From the NCBI RefSeq assembly GCF_018350175.1, contig NC_058368.1:170564001-170628000 (forward strand): a DNA stretch of 64,000 nucleotides, given 5' to 3'. This stretch comes from Felis catus. Lineage: Eukaryota. This document shows, piece after piece, positions 36,759 through 50,229 of this stretch; within the stretch, counting starts at the first letter, position 1, and every line of letters starts with the position of its first letter. Both the position numbers and the translations under genes were made by a program. The notes under the pieces are model-generated. The model was given only the letters and a program-made list of their open reading frames with translations. It had not been told where the DNA came from and made no database searches.

Positions 36759-37292
36759 TACTTCCTCTTTCTTGAAAATATTCTCTTGATTTCTGAAACA
36801 CCTCTCTTTCCAGGTTTTCCTCCACCCCCTCAGGTCATTTCTCCCCTATTATTCTTAGTCTCTTTTCTATAAATTTCCCCACTAAATGTTGGTGTGCTTT
36901 TGGGTTCTTTCCTAGCAATTCTTATCACTCTCTGTACTCTGTCTCTTTAGAAGGTGTCACTTGGGCTGTCTCCAACAACTATATCTCCTAAAGAATCCTG
37001 TGTTTATCTCTTTTTTTTAAGCAAATCCTTGTATTGAAGGCTGACTTTAGATTCATTACAGCAAGGGAGCTGCTCTACTACCAACAAAACCCTGACATTT
37101 TTTTTTTTAATTTATGTTTATCTCTTTTTCATGGAATTTCTCATAAACTGTATTTATTATTTAAATTTAAAAAAATTTCATCAAGGTTATACATACATAT
37201 GACTTAAACAGTTGTACAAGCTTTTCATGAAAAATACGCCCTACTGTCCAAACTCAACTACTTTCAACTCTTTTGGTTTCCTCACCTAGTTC

Positions 37293-37512
37293 TTTTTTTT
37301 TTTTTTTTAATTTTATTTATTTATTTTGAGAGAGAGAGGAAGCACAAGCAGAGAAAGGGCAGAGAGAGAGAGGGAGAGAGAGAGAATCCCAAGCATACTC
37401 CGTGCTGCCCACACAGAGCCCAACACGGCACTCACTTCCACAAACTGTGAGGTCATGGCCTGAGCCAAAACTAAGAGTTGGACGCTTAAATAATGAGCCA
37501 CCCAGGCGCCCC
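37293..37512 (-). mobile_element. Can-SINE
   Basis: polyT, GA tract, head ends cccaggcgcccc. Confidence 0.92.
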
Positions 37513-38970
37513 GTTCTCACTTTGTTCTAACTCCATATCCCCGAATGATGAGCTTCTACTGCTTTTACTGCTATTTCTTAATTTCTTAGTCTTATTTCTG
37601 TGGAAAATAAGACTTTTTTCCCCACTCCGTCCGCAGCCCACCAAATAAACACACACACATCCACATACACAGAGATCTTTGACATTCCTTCTGATGTACA
37701 TATAACATAGTGGTACTATATGGCTGACGGCTGAGCAATATAAAATTTTTGTTTCTCATGGAGAAGGAGTAAAAGTCTTTTTTTTCCTAGTTTCCTTAGT
37801 TTTCTGTGTAGCTATCACTAAATCATCGGCACACTCTTTAACTTAAAAATTTCTGTCAGTAATTCAAACTTAATAGATATTTCTATGAATTTCATCTCTT
37901 TTTGCTTCCTCTCTTGGAGCCAACTATTCTCTTGTCAAAATTTGAAGTGATTTCTCTCTAAGCTTGTAGCTCAGCTGCAATTCTAGGTTCACAATCATTC
38001 TGTAGATTCGCTTTGCCTCTCATTGTATTGGATTCTGTATCTTATGTATCCCATGTTTTCTGCTTTCTTACTTTGTTGTCTTTTAATGGAATATCTCTTT
38101 TTAAAGCTTCCTAAGAAAGGATCAGTATGGAGATATACATGTGAGACTTTGAAAGTCTCAAAACATCTTTATTCCATTTTGATATTGTGGTGGTATTTCA
38201 TTTAGTTGAGTCCTTTGTTATTTCATGTTGGTTGATAATGTTTTTCAAATATGCTATATTCTTATTGATGCTTTCTTCTTGTTCTATAAATTATTGGGAG
38301 GAAGGCATTACAATTTCTAACTGTTACGAGTTTGCCCATTTCCCTTTTTGGTTCCGTTTTTGCTTCTTGTATTTAGAATCTCTGTTATTAGGTACATACA
38401 CATTTAGGATCATTGTGGTCTCTTGATAAATTGCTGGATTTTAACTGTTCTTTAGTTCTTCAGTGTTTAGTCTGCTGTTAACCCTATCCAGTGAAATTCT
38501 CATTTCAGGTATTTTGTTATTCACTTCTGGTAGTTCGGTTGGGGAGTTTTTTTTATGGCTTCCATTTCTTTTTCTTTTTTTTATGGCACCACATTTATTG
38601 ATAAATGTATTGCAGAAAGAAAGGCACATAGGTTATATACATGGATAGTTTAAAGAATAATAGTGAAACAAATAACCCATGTCCTCACCACCCAGCTTCA
38701 GAAATAGAACATTGTAATTCCTCTGTGTATCTCAACCTATGACAGTCCCTTGCTTTCGTTAGAGGTTTTCACATGCATGTGTGTTCCTAAATGATACTTT
38801 AGCTTTTCCTTATTTGGCCTTTTATATAAGTAGAATCACATAGTTTTTCTTTTGTGATGTAATTTTTATTTTGTGTTAGATGTTGGTTTCAAAGATACAT
38901 CCATGTTGATGTATGCAGTTGATTTATTTTTGCTATTTACTAATTCATAATTTAAATATAACCAAATTTA

Positions 38971-39208
38971 GGGACACGTGGGTGACTCGGTTAAGTGTCC
39001 AACTTATCTCGGGTCATGATCTCATGGTTCATGAGTTTGAGCCCTGCATCTGGCTCTCTGCTCTCAGTTAACAGACCACTTGAGATCCTCTATCCCGCTC
39101 TTTCTGCCCCTCCCCTGCTTGCATGCTCTCTCACCCTCAAAAGAATAAAATAAAATAAAATAAAATAAAATAAAATAAAATAAAATAAAATAAAATAAAA
39201 TAAAATAA
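38971..39208 (+). mobile_element. Can-SINE with (TAAAA)n tail
   Basis: Head gggacacgtgggtgactcgg; about 13 TAAAA units; TSD aac(c/a)aaattta. Confidence 0.9.
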
Positions 39209-39674
39209 ACAAAATTTATCCAGTCATTTTTGTGAATATTGAAATGTCTCCAGCTCTTTGCTATTATGGAAATGGTTCATGTGTAACTGTTCTATGCCTT
39301 GGATAAGAGTTAATGAAACAGAGAATGTACTTGTTCAGATGTACAGTGTAATGACAAACAGTTGATGTTCCCATTAACAGGCATAATGGGTCCTGTTATT
39401 CCTCATCTCTCCAACCTTTTCATTGTCATTCTTAAAAGTTTGCCCAACTGTGAGGTGTGAAAATTTGTTGCATTCTGAGTTTAATTTGCATTTAACTTAT
39501 AACTAATGACATTGAGCATCTTTTAAAATCTTCATTGGACATCCATATTTCACCTCCCATGAAATGCCTATTTATGTATTTTTGGCCATCTTTTAACATC
39601 TGTTTGTGAAAATTACTTACTGGTTGCACGTACCACCTCCCACTTTAGTTCTTTTCCTTCTTTTCATAATGTCC

Positions 39675-40462
39675 TTTTTTTTAAACTTTTTATTTTAATT
39701 CCAGTTAGTTATCATACATTGTAATATAGTTTCAAGTGTACAATATAGTGATTCAACCCTTCCATACAGTTCTCATCGTGAGAAGTACACCCCTTAAACC
39801 TGATCACCTATTTAACCCATTCCCTCACCCATCTCTCCTCTGGTAACCTTCAGTTTGTTCTTTATAATTAAGAATCTGTTTCTTGGTTCCTCTCTGTCTC
39901 TCTCTCTCTGTCTCTTTCTCTGTGTCTTTTCCCTTTGCTCATTTGTTCTGTTTCTTAAATTCCACAGTTAGTGAAATAATATGGTGCTTGTCTTTCTCTG
40001 ACTTATTTTGATTAGCATTATACTTTCTAGCTCCATCCATGTCATTATAAATAGCAAGATTTCATTCTTCTTATGGCTGAATAATATTCCATTGTATATA
40101 TACCACATCTTTATCCATTCATCAATAAATGGAAACTTGAGTTGCTCCCATAATCTGGCTATTATAAATAATGCTGCTATGAATATAGGGGTGCGTGTAT
40201 ACCTTTGAATTAGTGTTTTTGTATTCTTTGGGTAAATACCCAGTAGTGCTATTGCTAGATCATAGGGTAGTTCTATTTTTAACTTTTGGAAGAACCTCCA
40301 TACAGTTTTCCACATTGGCCTCACCAGTTTGCATTCTGACCAATATGAGGGTTCCTTTTTATCCACATCCTTGCCAACACCTGTTGTTTCTTGTGTTTTT
40401 AATTTTAGCTATTCTAATAGGTGTGGAGGGGTATCTCATAGTTTTGATTTGCATTTTCCTGT
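39675..40462 (-). mobile_element. Carnivore L1 3' end (ORF2 C-terminus plus 3' UTR)
   Basis: ORF 39968-40366 [38 protein letters not shown]. Confidence 0.93.
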
Positions 40463-40539
40463 GTATCTTCCATTTCTTAAGCATCATGTTCATGTTTTCT
40501 TATATCCTTTGAACATATAAATACATATGTTTATAAACA

Positions 40540-40623
40540 TATGTATGTATTCTATATATATATACTGTATATCCCTATGTTATGTATATTACATATAACT
40601 CCTATATATATTATATATATATA

Positions 40624-40665
<42 letters not shown>

Positions 40666-40676
40666 CATGTATATAT
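40540..40676. repeat. (TA)n(CA)n microsatellite
   Basis: Seen directly. Confidence 0.85.
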
Positions 40677-42828
40677 GCTGTTTTAATGTACTTTTCTCCT
40701 AATTTTATCATCTTTAACATTTCTGTGCCTGTTTTATTAATAAAGATTATTTTTTATTATGGGACATTTTCCTACCTCTTTCATGCCTGACAATTTTAGA
40801 TTAGATGCTAGACATTTTCTTTTTCTTTTCTTTTTTTTTGATGCTACACATTTTCAATTTTACATTATTGGTTGAGGGCTTTTCAAAAAATTACTTCTTT
40901 AAATATTTTTTAAGTTTGTTCTGGGATACAGTTAAATTAGTTGAAAAGAGTTGGCTTCTTTCAAGGCTCACTTAGAGCTTTGTTAAACTGGGCCCAGAGC
41001 AGGATTGGTCTAGGACTAGTTTAGTTTCACTATTAAAGCAATACCTTTCTGATGACTCCGCCCAGAGACCCATGTAATAGTAAGTTTTTCCATTCTGGAT
41101 GGTGAGAACAAGCATTAGTTACACCCCTTTTTTTAGCTATGGAAATTGTTTTGCATACTCTGTACCAATGGTTCTTTCCCCAGACTTGAGTAGTTTATTC
41201 ACATATGTGCCTAGATCACTACTCAGCCACAGACTCATGTGAACCCTTCTGTAGATCTTAGAGGTCTCTATGAAACTCATCTCTCTCTGGTCTCCACCTC
41301 CCCTACCAGCTGCCCTACTGCCTGCCTGCCACACACAAGTTCTGGATACCTTAGTCTTTGAATTTCCAACCCCTTCTTGTCAACTCAACCAGACTGCTGT
41401 GGTCTCTTTGAAATCCCCTTCTCTGAATGGTACACTGGAAATGCTGTCTAGCAGGAGACTCCTTACTTCTTACTCTACAGATTTCATTTCTTAGAATCTT
41501 CCTAAATGTCATACAAAGTATGCACTGTTTGCTTATTATTAAGGTGAAAGGGCTTGTGGTAAACTTCCTTAAGGTTACAATTTATGAAACATTTATATGT
41601 ATTTTTATCCTAAATGAATAAATCACTATGCTCTAGATCAGTAAAATATATAATTTTTTCCTGAATTCCCAGAAAGGCTGTCAGTCCATGTAAATAGGTC
41701 CCAGCTCTCCCACTGGTATTTGGCAATGTTTTATTTCCTTTTGTATGTAGCTTGATACATGGGTGGTAAATTCTGATTTTTCAGGTATATAGGCATAGAA
41801 GTCTTTGCCACTGAGAATGTAAAACTCTTCCTGGAAATTCCGATACAATTTTTAGGAAACTAGTTCTAATGGCCACCATCTTGGCTGTGAGCAGGTTTGA
41901 GAAAGCAGTCATGTTCTAAAAGGTTAAGATTCTTCATCTGTCTCAAAGAGCTCTCAAACCCATATGAAGGCGCCATTGCATTCCCAGTTTTAATGTGCTT
42001 TAATTACAAATATGGCATACTTTTCATTCGGGAAGATAACACTTAGCCTCGGCAAGAAGATTTATCCAGCATAAGCCCAACCAGCTGCATGGCACGCATG
42101 AGTAAGCAGGGGCTCTGCAAGTAAAATAAGTGCCTTTGAGAGTATCATATTTTCTTTTCTAAATTTGCAAGTTTTCCCAGAATCAAAGTGTTATTAGAAT
42201 CTATAAAGGTCATAATTTTAGCATAGACCAAGATACAGCTGTAAGTGCTTGTTCAGGGAACATAGTGCCATTACTGACACACAGCAGTCGTCCAAGTGTG
42301 TTAGTTGCTAAAAGAAGACAGATACCTCCATTTTGTGTTACTGATGTGAGAAGGCAGAAAAAATGTCAGTCATGTGGGGTTTATAAAGCAAGAACTTCCA
42401 GCTTTTCTAAGGTGGGAGGCTCTTGTATAATAGGGGCTTCTCCATCCGTGTTCTGAGATGTATGTTGTTAGATCCAGTGTTGGAAATGTAAGCATTTTGC
42501 ATATTTTTTGACACCTAAGATGTCAAATGAATGTATTGTTATATTTTTATTATGGTATGGATCACCAATAATAAAAGGTATAGTAATAGCTCTAGGTACA
42601 AATGCATAGTTTTCTGTATTTTTAAAACATTGAATATTTTTTGAATATCTGTATGGCTCAAAAATCAAAACAATGCAAAAAAGTGTACCCTGAAGATGAT
42701 TGCTCCACTCCTAGCCCCCATTCATTTTCACACTTCCCTCTCTCTTCTGTCTTACTAGTTTCTTGTGATATATCTTTCCAGTGTTTTTTTTTAATGCAGA
42801 CACAAGCAAATATAAATATGTATATTTT

Positions 42829-42956
42829 GGGGACTCCTGGGTGGCTCAGTTGGCTGAGTGTCCAACTCTTGATTTCAGCTCAGGTGATGATATCAGGGTC
42901 ATGGGATTGAGCCCCACATTGGGCTCCATGCTGGGCATGGAACCTGCTTAAGATTT

Positions 42957-42989
<33 letters not shown>

Positions 42990-43038
42990 GCCCCTCTCCA
43001 CCACTCCCACACTCACTCTTTCCTTAAAATAAAAGAAA
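42829..43038 (+). mobile_element. Can-SINE
   Basis: TSD aaatatgt(a/g)tatttt. Confidence 0.92.
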
Positions 43039-43116
43039 GTCTTAAATATGTGTATTTTTATTTCATTCTTTTTAATACAAATATTAGCATAAATGTTGAG
43101 TGCTATGAATTTTGCT

Positions 43117-43185
43117 CTTTTTTTAGTTTATTTTATTTATTTTGAGAGAGAGAGAGAGAGAGCACAAGCATGTGAGTGGGGGTGG

Positions 43186-43233
<48 letters not shown>

Positions 43234-43356
43234 CCCAAGCTGGCTCTGCACTGTCAGTGAGGAGCCTGATGCAGGGCTCAAATCATGAACCATGAGATCT
43301 GACCTGAGCCAAATCAAGAGTCAGAAGCTTAACTTGATTGAGCCACCCAGGCCCCC
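43117..43356 (-). mobile_element. Can-SINE with expanded (GA)n
   Basis: TSD aattttgct. Confidence 0.92.
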
Positions 43357-45702
43357 AAATTTTGCTTTTTTTAAACTTAATAATAAAACCTTGAGCTCTT
43401 TTCACCTGAGCATTGATATAGTATTGAATAGTATTTCTTTCTATGAATGTATCAGTTTCTTTAACCAGTCCCCTTCTGATGGATACTTGGGTTACTCCCA
43501 ATTGTTTGTTATTATAATAGTGTTAAAATGAAGAATCTTACAGATACTTTATTTGGTATATGTACTATTTTAGTTGCAGAATTAATTCTTTGAAATGTAG
43601 CTTAAGTCAAAGGGTAGATGCATTTATAATTTTAACAAATATTATCAGATTTCTTTCAAGATGGACTGTACAAGTTCTTACTCCTAAGCAGTAGAGTGAC
43701 TTTCCCTGTAGCTTTGCCACCAGAATGCATTGCCAAATTTGGATAATTGACAATATATTAAATAAGAAATTATATTTTAGTGAGCTTTCAATTTACATTT
43801 CTCCATTTATGAGTCAGGTTAAACAATTTTGATATGTATAATAATCATTTGTATTTATTTTTCTGTGAACTCTATTGTTGCCTTTTACCTATTTTCTACA
43901 AATTTGTTTACCTTTTTCTTATTTATATTTAAAAAATATATATAGTCAGAGAGATTGGCTCTTGGGATATGAGTTTCAAATGTTGATTTCCAGTGTGTCA
44001 TTTGTTTGGGGTTTTATCTGTGGTATATATTTGCTAGTTAGTAGTTATTTATTTTAATTTAGTTGTTCTTTATGGCTTGCTAAGTCATAGAAAGGCCTTT
44101 CCAAGTCCAGGGTTATAAAAGAATTCTTCCATGTACTTTTATTTTTATGTTTTACATTTCTATATTTGACTCATTTGGAATTTACTCAGGTGTTGAGTTG
44201 GAGATATGGATATAATTTTATTCTTTTCTCTATGGCTCCCAATTATCCAAACATTATGTATTAAAAAGTCAAACATTTTTGGCTTTTTGATATCCACTTT
44301 TAAGAGATATGAAATCTAAGTGTCAATTGAGTGCTGTTTCCAGACTTTCTGTTCTATTCTTTCAACAGGGTAGAATATGGGAAGTAGGAGGAGATCACTA
44401 CAAAGTTGTCTGAAACTAAGTTAAATGTATTGCTTGTTAAGGAAGATAGAAAAATTTTTTTAGGCCACAGTCTTTCTGAAAAAAAAAAAAATAACAGCAA
44501 ATAAACAACAGCAATAACATCAAAAAGCTAGCCTTTCAGAATTTGGGGAAACGTGAAGGGTAGGGATTGACTGACTTTCAGAGTGGGATAGGAGCCAGGG
44601 CTGTACTGATTGATTGAATGCAGCTTGTGTAAACCAGTTTTGTGGTTATTTATTTACAACTCAGAATATGGGCAAGGAGGAGCCAAATTTGGAATGTAGG
44701 GACTCCCTGTTCCATTTTCTATCTACTTATTCATGTCCTGTGCTAATTCAGGCCTATCATTTTATATAACCAGAAGGCCTATTCATGAACATTTTATGAG
44801 GGAGACAGTTTCATCCATATGAGCTGTTGAGTATGTCTGGTTTCTGCACAAACCTTGGTGATTTTTTTTTCACAATTGCATTTTGACCTTTTATTTCCCC
44901 CAATTGGTTCTGGGTGCCATCGGCAGATGAGGTATTGTTTAATCTTTTAAGATTTTGCAAGATTCATTTGAAATAGAGTTTCTAAAATGTATGCCTTGAT
45001 TCTGTTAATAGGCAAACATATTATGAGCTTGGAGTAAGTCATGTAAATGTCTCTTGCTGCCAATTATGATGTTAGTCTTTACACATATGTGTAAGTCTTT
45101 ACAAATATGTGCTTAACCATCCCCAAAAGATATATATAATCATTAAAATATTTTAATGGAATCAGTACTTATCACTTGAAAAAAACTTAATCTAAATGTC
45201 AAAAGAATTCTCTCTAATGGAGAATTTGAGTTGCCTGTGCCTTATTGGCTTTTCAACATTGTAGTCCTGACAGATTGAACAAGGGGTTCTCACAGTGTTG
45301 AACAACATGGGACCTTTGGAAGCATCTTAGGTTTTATGGCCTTTTGGGTCTGCAGAATTACTCAGTACTCATCCATCTGGGTTTCATCTTTATCAGTTTC
45401 GTTGCCGTAATTTCTTCTTCTGTTCTATCCTCCCATATGGGTTTATACCTTTAAAATTTTAAATTAAATTTTATTTTATCCTTCACTGTTGTTTCAGTAG
45501 GATTGTAATTGGGAGTGAAGATAAATACACATATTCAGATATCTTATTCAATTAGAAACCTTCCCATGGCCTTGTAAGAATTATTTTATTCATCTCTCTC
45601 TGACTAATTTGGATATTCCCTTGGAGAATACCTATGACCTACTCATTTTGTTTAGTGAGAGCTCTTGCCCATGGTAAGCCATCATAGGTTCTCACTAGAT
45701 TA

Positions 45703-45937
45703 CTATTTTATTTTATTCTTTATTTTTTTAATGTTTATTTTTTGAGAGAGAGAGAGAGAAATAGAGTGTGTGTGAGCAGGGGAGGGGCAGAGAGAGAGGG
45801 AGACACAGAATCTGAAGCAGGCTCCAAGCTCTGAGCTGTTAGTGTAGAGCCCGACATGGGGCTAGAACCCATGAACTGTGAGATCATGACCTGAGCCAAA
45901 GTCTGAAGCTCAACCGACTGAGCCACCCAGGTGCCCC
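45703..45937 (-). mobile_element. SINEC_Fc
   Basis: T tail, GA tract, head ends gtgcccc. Confidence 0.92.
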
Positions 45938-45939
45938 AG

Positions 45940-46079
45940 TTTTATTTTATTTTTTGAGAAATAGAGACAGAGTGTGCAAGTGGGGGGAGGGCAGAGAGAG
46001 AGGGAGAGACAGAATCCAAAGCAGGCCCTACACCCAACTCACAGGGCTCAATCCCACAACCAGGCCACCCAGGCACCCC
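45940..46079 (-). mobile_element. Internally deleted Can-SINE in tandem with the previous one
   Basis: Tail and head (ccacccaggcacccc) present, middle of the tRNA region missing. Confidence 0.8.
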
Positions 46080-48153
46080 AATTACTATTTTAATTAATTT
46101 GTACATAGCAAAATACAGATACAGCTGAGAGAAGGAACTTTTTAAAGGCTGTATTGATAGAGAATTTTCCATCATTCTGTGCTGTGCTCTAATAGAATAG
46201 TTTGGATCCGACAGGAGGTGCAAGTTTTTCTATTCAGTTCTCATTATCTATTTTAATCCACTTATTCTCAATATAAGCAACTTTCTTAGATTTGAAATAA
46301 GATTAAATCATACCCAGAAAAAAAACAGAACATGGCAACAGAGAAAATTGCTGTCATTTTATGTCAAGGAAAATAAATCTCATTTCATGATTATATATGG
46401 CACTCTACAATAAATTCCCAGCACACACAGTGCCGGTTTTTCCAGAAAAAAAAAAAAAAAAAGTGAACTCTCCATTCCAGGAACTACTTTCTACTCAGAA
46501 AAAAAATTGTTTATGAAATGTTTAGCTTTTTTTTCCCCTCAAAATCATTGAAGCGATGCACTTTCTATATGGAAGTCCAATGTCCATTCATAACACTGGA
46601 CTGTGCATTGGTTTCCAACACAGAGAACAAGAGAAACAAATTAATCATACATAGAACATTCTTATGTACATGTGTGTTTACATTTATTGTTTACATTTAT
46701 TGACTTTACATTTAAAGTCCCATTTCACTTTAAGGATAAAAGGGCTGACTATATTTTCATTTTACCACTTAATCCAAAAATGATACTGTGAGTGATGCTA
46801 GACAAGTAAAAATTTCAGCTGTCAGGAAAATTAAAACACCTAATGTTGATTCCTGATAAAACCCAAAAGTCAACATTTCTTCCATCCCTCTGTGCTTTTC
46901 TTCCTTCCTATTTTTCTTTCCCTTACTCCTTTGAAGGGGTAATAGATAATATATAGTAAAAAAAAAAAATTGAAGTACAGAGGTACACAGTAAAAGTCTG
47001 TGCCCATCACCAACCTCTTGTTTCTGTCCTCATAGGCAACCACTGCAGCACAGTCCATTTGTGAATCATTCCAAATATGTTCTATGCTTTACCAGAGTAT
47101 ATGAGCAGATAACTAAATTTTTAATGTTTCTCAAATGTGTGAATATCATAGATACTATTTGATCGATATTTTTCACTTAATGTACATAGGGGGGCCCATT
47201 TTTTAGGGATATTCAGTGTTTAAAAGCTGCGACTACCATTGTATGACTGTAGCTGCAGTTAACATATTTATTCCCTGTTGATGAAAGTTTAGGTGTTTTT
47301 CACTTTTATGTTACTACAAACAATGTGGTAATATATATCCTGGTACATAATTCTTTGTAGACACATAGTATATATCTGTAGAATAAATTCTCAAATATGT
47401 ACTGGCTGGGCCATAAAGTACATACACTTAATATTTTGATAGAAAATCCAATTTGCCAGTTTATGGTCCCGCTGGCAGTGTATGGATACTCTGGTTCCAA
47501 CTTCCCCCCCCACCTCATGTGTTATCAAATTTTAAAATATTTTCTGACCCAATTGAAAATTGAAATCTTGCTTAGTTTTGTTTTGTATTTTTCTTATTAT
47601 AAAATAAGATTCAGCATCTTTTCACATGTTTTTTACTTTCTATGATTTGACTTTTCATAATCTTTGCTTATTTTTCTTTTGGATGGTTGATTTATACAAA
47701 TTTGTTATATTAATGGCATTAGTTCTTATCATCTTTTTTGTTGCAGAAACTTTTTCCTGATTTTAATTCATCATTTGAACTTGTTTATGTGAAACTTTTT
47801 ATTTTTTAGGGGTCAAAATGTATCTTATTTTCATTGCTTCTGGTTTTCATTTGATTGCTGAGAGAGAGAAAGAGAATTAAAAATGTTTGTCACATTTTCT
47901 TTTAGTACCCTCATCTGCCTTGTCTTACATTAAAAAGGATGCTCTCCCTGGAATGTATTTTGGTGTTAGAGTGACATTGAATCCAGTCATCTCAATGTCT
48001 GTAAATTACTTTGAATATCCTTTAGTGTTTATATTATAGTATTATGTGTGTTACTTATGTTGAGCTGTAATGCAAGTCATTTTATCAGAAAGCCCGTACT
48101 CCTGCGAAGCGACTATAAGCTCTTCTGTTATAACCGGCTCCATCAAGCCTTAC

Positions 48154-48168
48154 TTTTCTAATTAGCAT
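48154..48168 (-). CDS. Candidate alternative first coding micro-exon MLIRK| (phase 0)
   Basis: ttcaacATG CTA ATT AGA AAA|gtaagg within a short non-repeat segment retaining several CpGs (48090-48180). Confidence 0.45.
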
Positions 48169-48548
48169 GTTGAATGTCGGAAATTTTTTCTTTTTTTTTT
48201 TTTAAGTTTTTGTGTTGAAAATTGTTACATGTTTACTAATTTGATGAAAACTAGCAATGGAATACCACTGGTGAAGGTATTTCAGATATATGGATGGGTC
48301 AAAAGATTTTAGAGACATTCAAACCATGCATGAACGGGGCTTAAGAATCCATTGAAGTTCCACTCTGCACCCTTTGGGATAGAGCTTGAGTCTTAAATCT
48401 CTATGTAGTTCTGAATCCAGCCATTAGTTTAAAAGTGTGGTTGGTTGTATGATGCTGATTATCCCTTCTCAGGAATGCTCAGGTCTGGCTCATGTGAATC
48501 TTTTATGCAAGGTAGTGGTTAAAGTATCTTGGACATTATTTAACATGT

Positions 48549-48550
<2 letters not shown>

Positions 48551-48595
<45 letters not shown>
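48551..48595. repeat. (TG)n microsatellite
   Basis: Seen directly. Confidence 0.95.
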
Positions 48596-48598
<3 letters not shown>

Positions 48599-48731
48599 GA
48601 AGCTTGCTTTCATTCTGACTAAAGGAATGTCTAACTACATCCATCTCCTCAAAGGTTCAGTGGCTACTTTTATATAGTGAAACTTGGGTGCACATACCTC
48701 TATTACTTAAGTCAGCTTGCAACAACCTATT

Positions 48732-48734
48732 TCT

Positions 48735-48801
<67 letters not shown>

Positions 48802-48851
48802 CTCCTTCCTTCCTTCCCTCCCTCCCTCCCTCCCTCCCTCCCGCTTCCTTT

Positions 48852-48915
<64 letters not shown>

Positions 48916-48917
48916 TC
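48732..48917. repeat. Compound (TTTC)n-(CCTT/CCCT)n-(TTTC)n polypyrimidine repeat
   Basis: Seen directly. Confidence 0.95.
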
Positions 48918-50023
48918 ACATCAGTTGACCTTTAATGTCTAAAAGAGGCATGGATGCAGAGCATAGATGTGGTAGGGTCAACCTAATCCACAACCTAATC
49001 TGTTGGTCATTCTTGTGTTATACTCTTAACTCTTAAGTAATCCATATTTCCTCACTGATTTGAAATGCCACATTTATCATATACTAGATTCCCATAGACA
49101 TTTGGGTCTATTTCTGGATTCTTTATTTGGTTTACTCAATCTATGCTAGAATCAAACTTTTAATTAATTACAGCTTATTTTTCAGAATTTTCTTGGCTTG
49201 TTTTTTCATGTAAACTAAGAGCCTTGTCTCCCCTTACTCCCACCATAAAAAAATTCCATCTTTATTTAATCTATCTGTCTGGCACTTACATAGTTCTTAC
49301 TGGATACTAGGCACTGTCATGAACATGTTAAATTTACAAGCTAATTTAAGAAGACACTTTTATAATTTTTACTCTTCTTAACCAAGAATGGGTATGTCTT
49401 TCTCTTAAAGTTTCTCTTATATTTTTCAGTAGGCTTTATCATTTTCTTCCTGTAAGATTTTATGCAGTTTTAAATTTTATTTTTTTTATTTTAACTGAGG
49501 TTTTTTCCATTCATTATATTTTATAATGAGCTATTTCTTATCTATGAAAAGGCTGGTGATTTTCAGTATTAGTTTTGTAACCACCCAGAATATTAGATTC
49601 TCTTATTTCAGTTTCTAGAAATAAAACATAATCATCTACAAATAGTAAAATTGCCTTCTCCTTTCCATTGCTTATATCTTGCCTTTCTGGTATCTAAATG
49701 CATCAGCTAGCACTTCCAGAACTATATTGAATGTTCTCTCAGTGGATATTCTCACTGCACGATTTTAGGTTGTTTTAACAGTCCCTACTCAAAAAGAAGA
49801 CTCTTAGATATTTGGAGGGCCTCTCACTACAGTCTGTATAACCTAATTGCATGGTTTAATATGTTTTTGTTTCATATTTGAGATTGTAAGGCCAGGACCT
49901 AGTTTAGTCCCTGGGACTTCATAGGTGCTTATCAATTATTTATTGTATGATAGATCAGTGAATGAATGAATGAATGGCATAGTTGTCTGAAGAAGGTATG
50001 CATTGTTTTTTCTTTAAAAAAAA

Positions 50024-50229
50024 TTTTTTTAATGTTTATTTGTCTTTGAGGGAGAGACAGTGTGTGAGTGGGGATGGGGTAGAGAAAGAGGGAGTCACAG
50101 AATCTGAAGCAGGTTCAAGGCTTTGGGCTGTCAGCACAGAGCCGGACTCGGGGCTTAAAGCCACGAACTGTGAGATCATGACCTGAGCTGAAGTCTGGCG
50201 CTTAACGGACTGAGCCACCCAGGTGCCCT
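50024..50229 (-). mobile_element. SINEC_Fc
   Basis: TSD tgcattg(t/g)tttt. Confidence 0.93.

Noticed and set aside
42021..42027. Minus-strand ATGAAAA|gtatgc
   Set aside because: Phase 1 and weak donor
48677..48942. FFLS / KERK repetitive ORFs
   Set aside because: Translation of a tetranucleotide microsatellite
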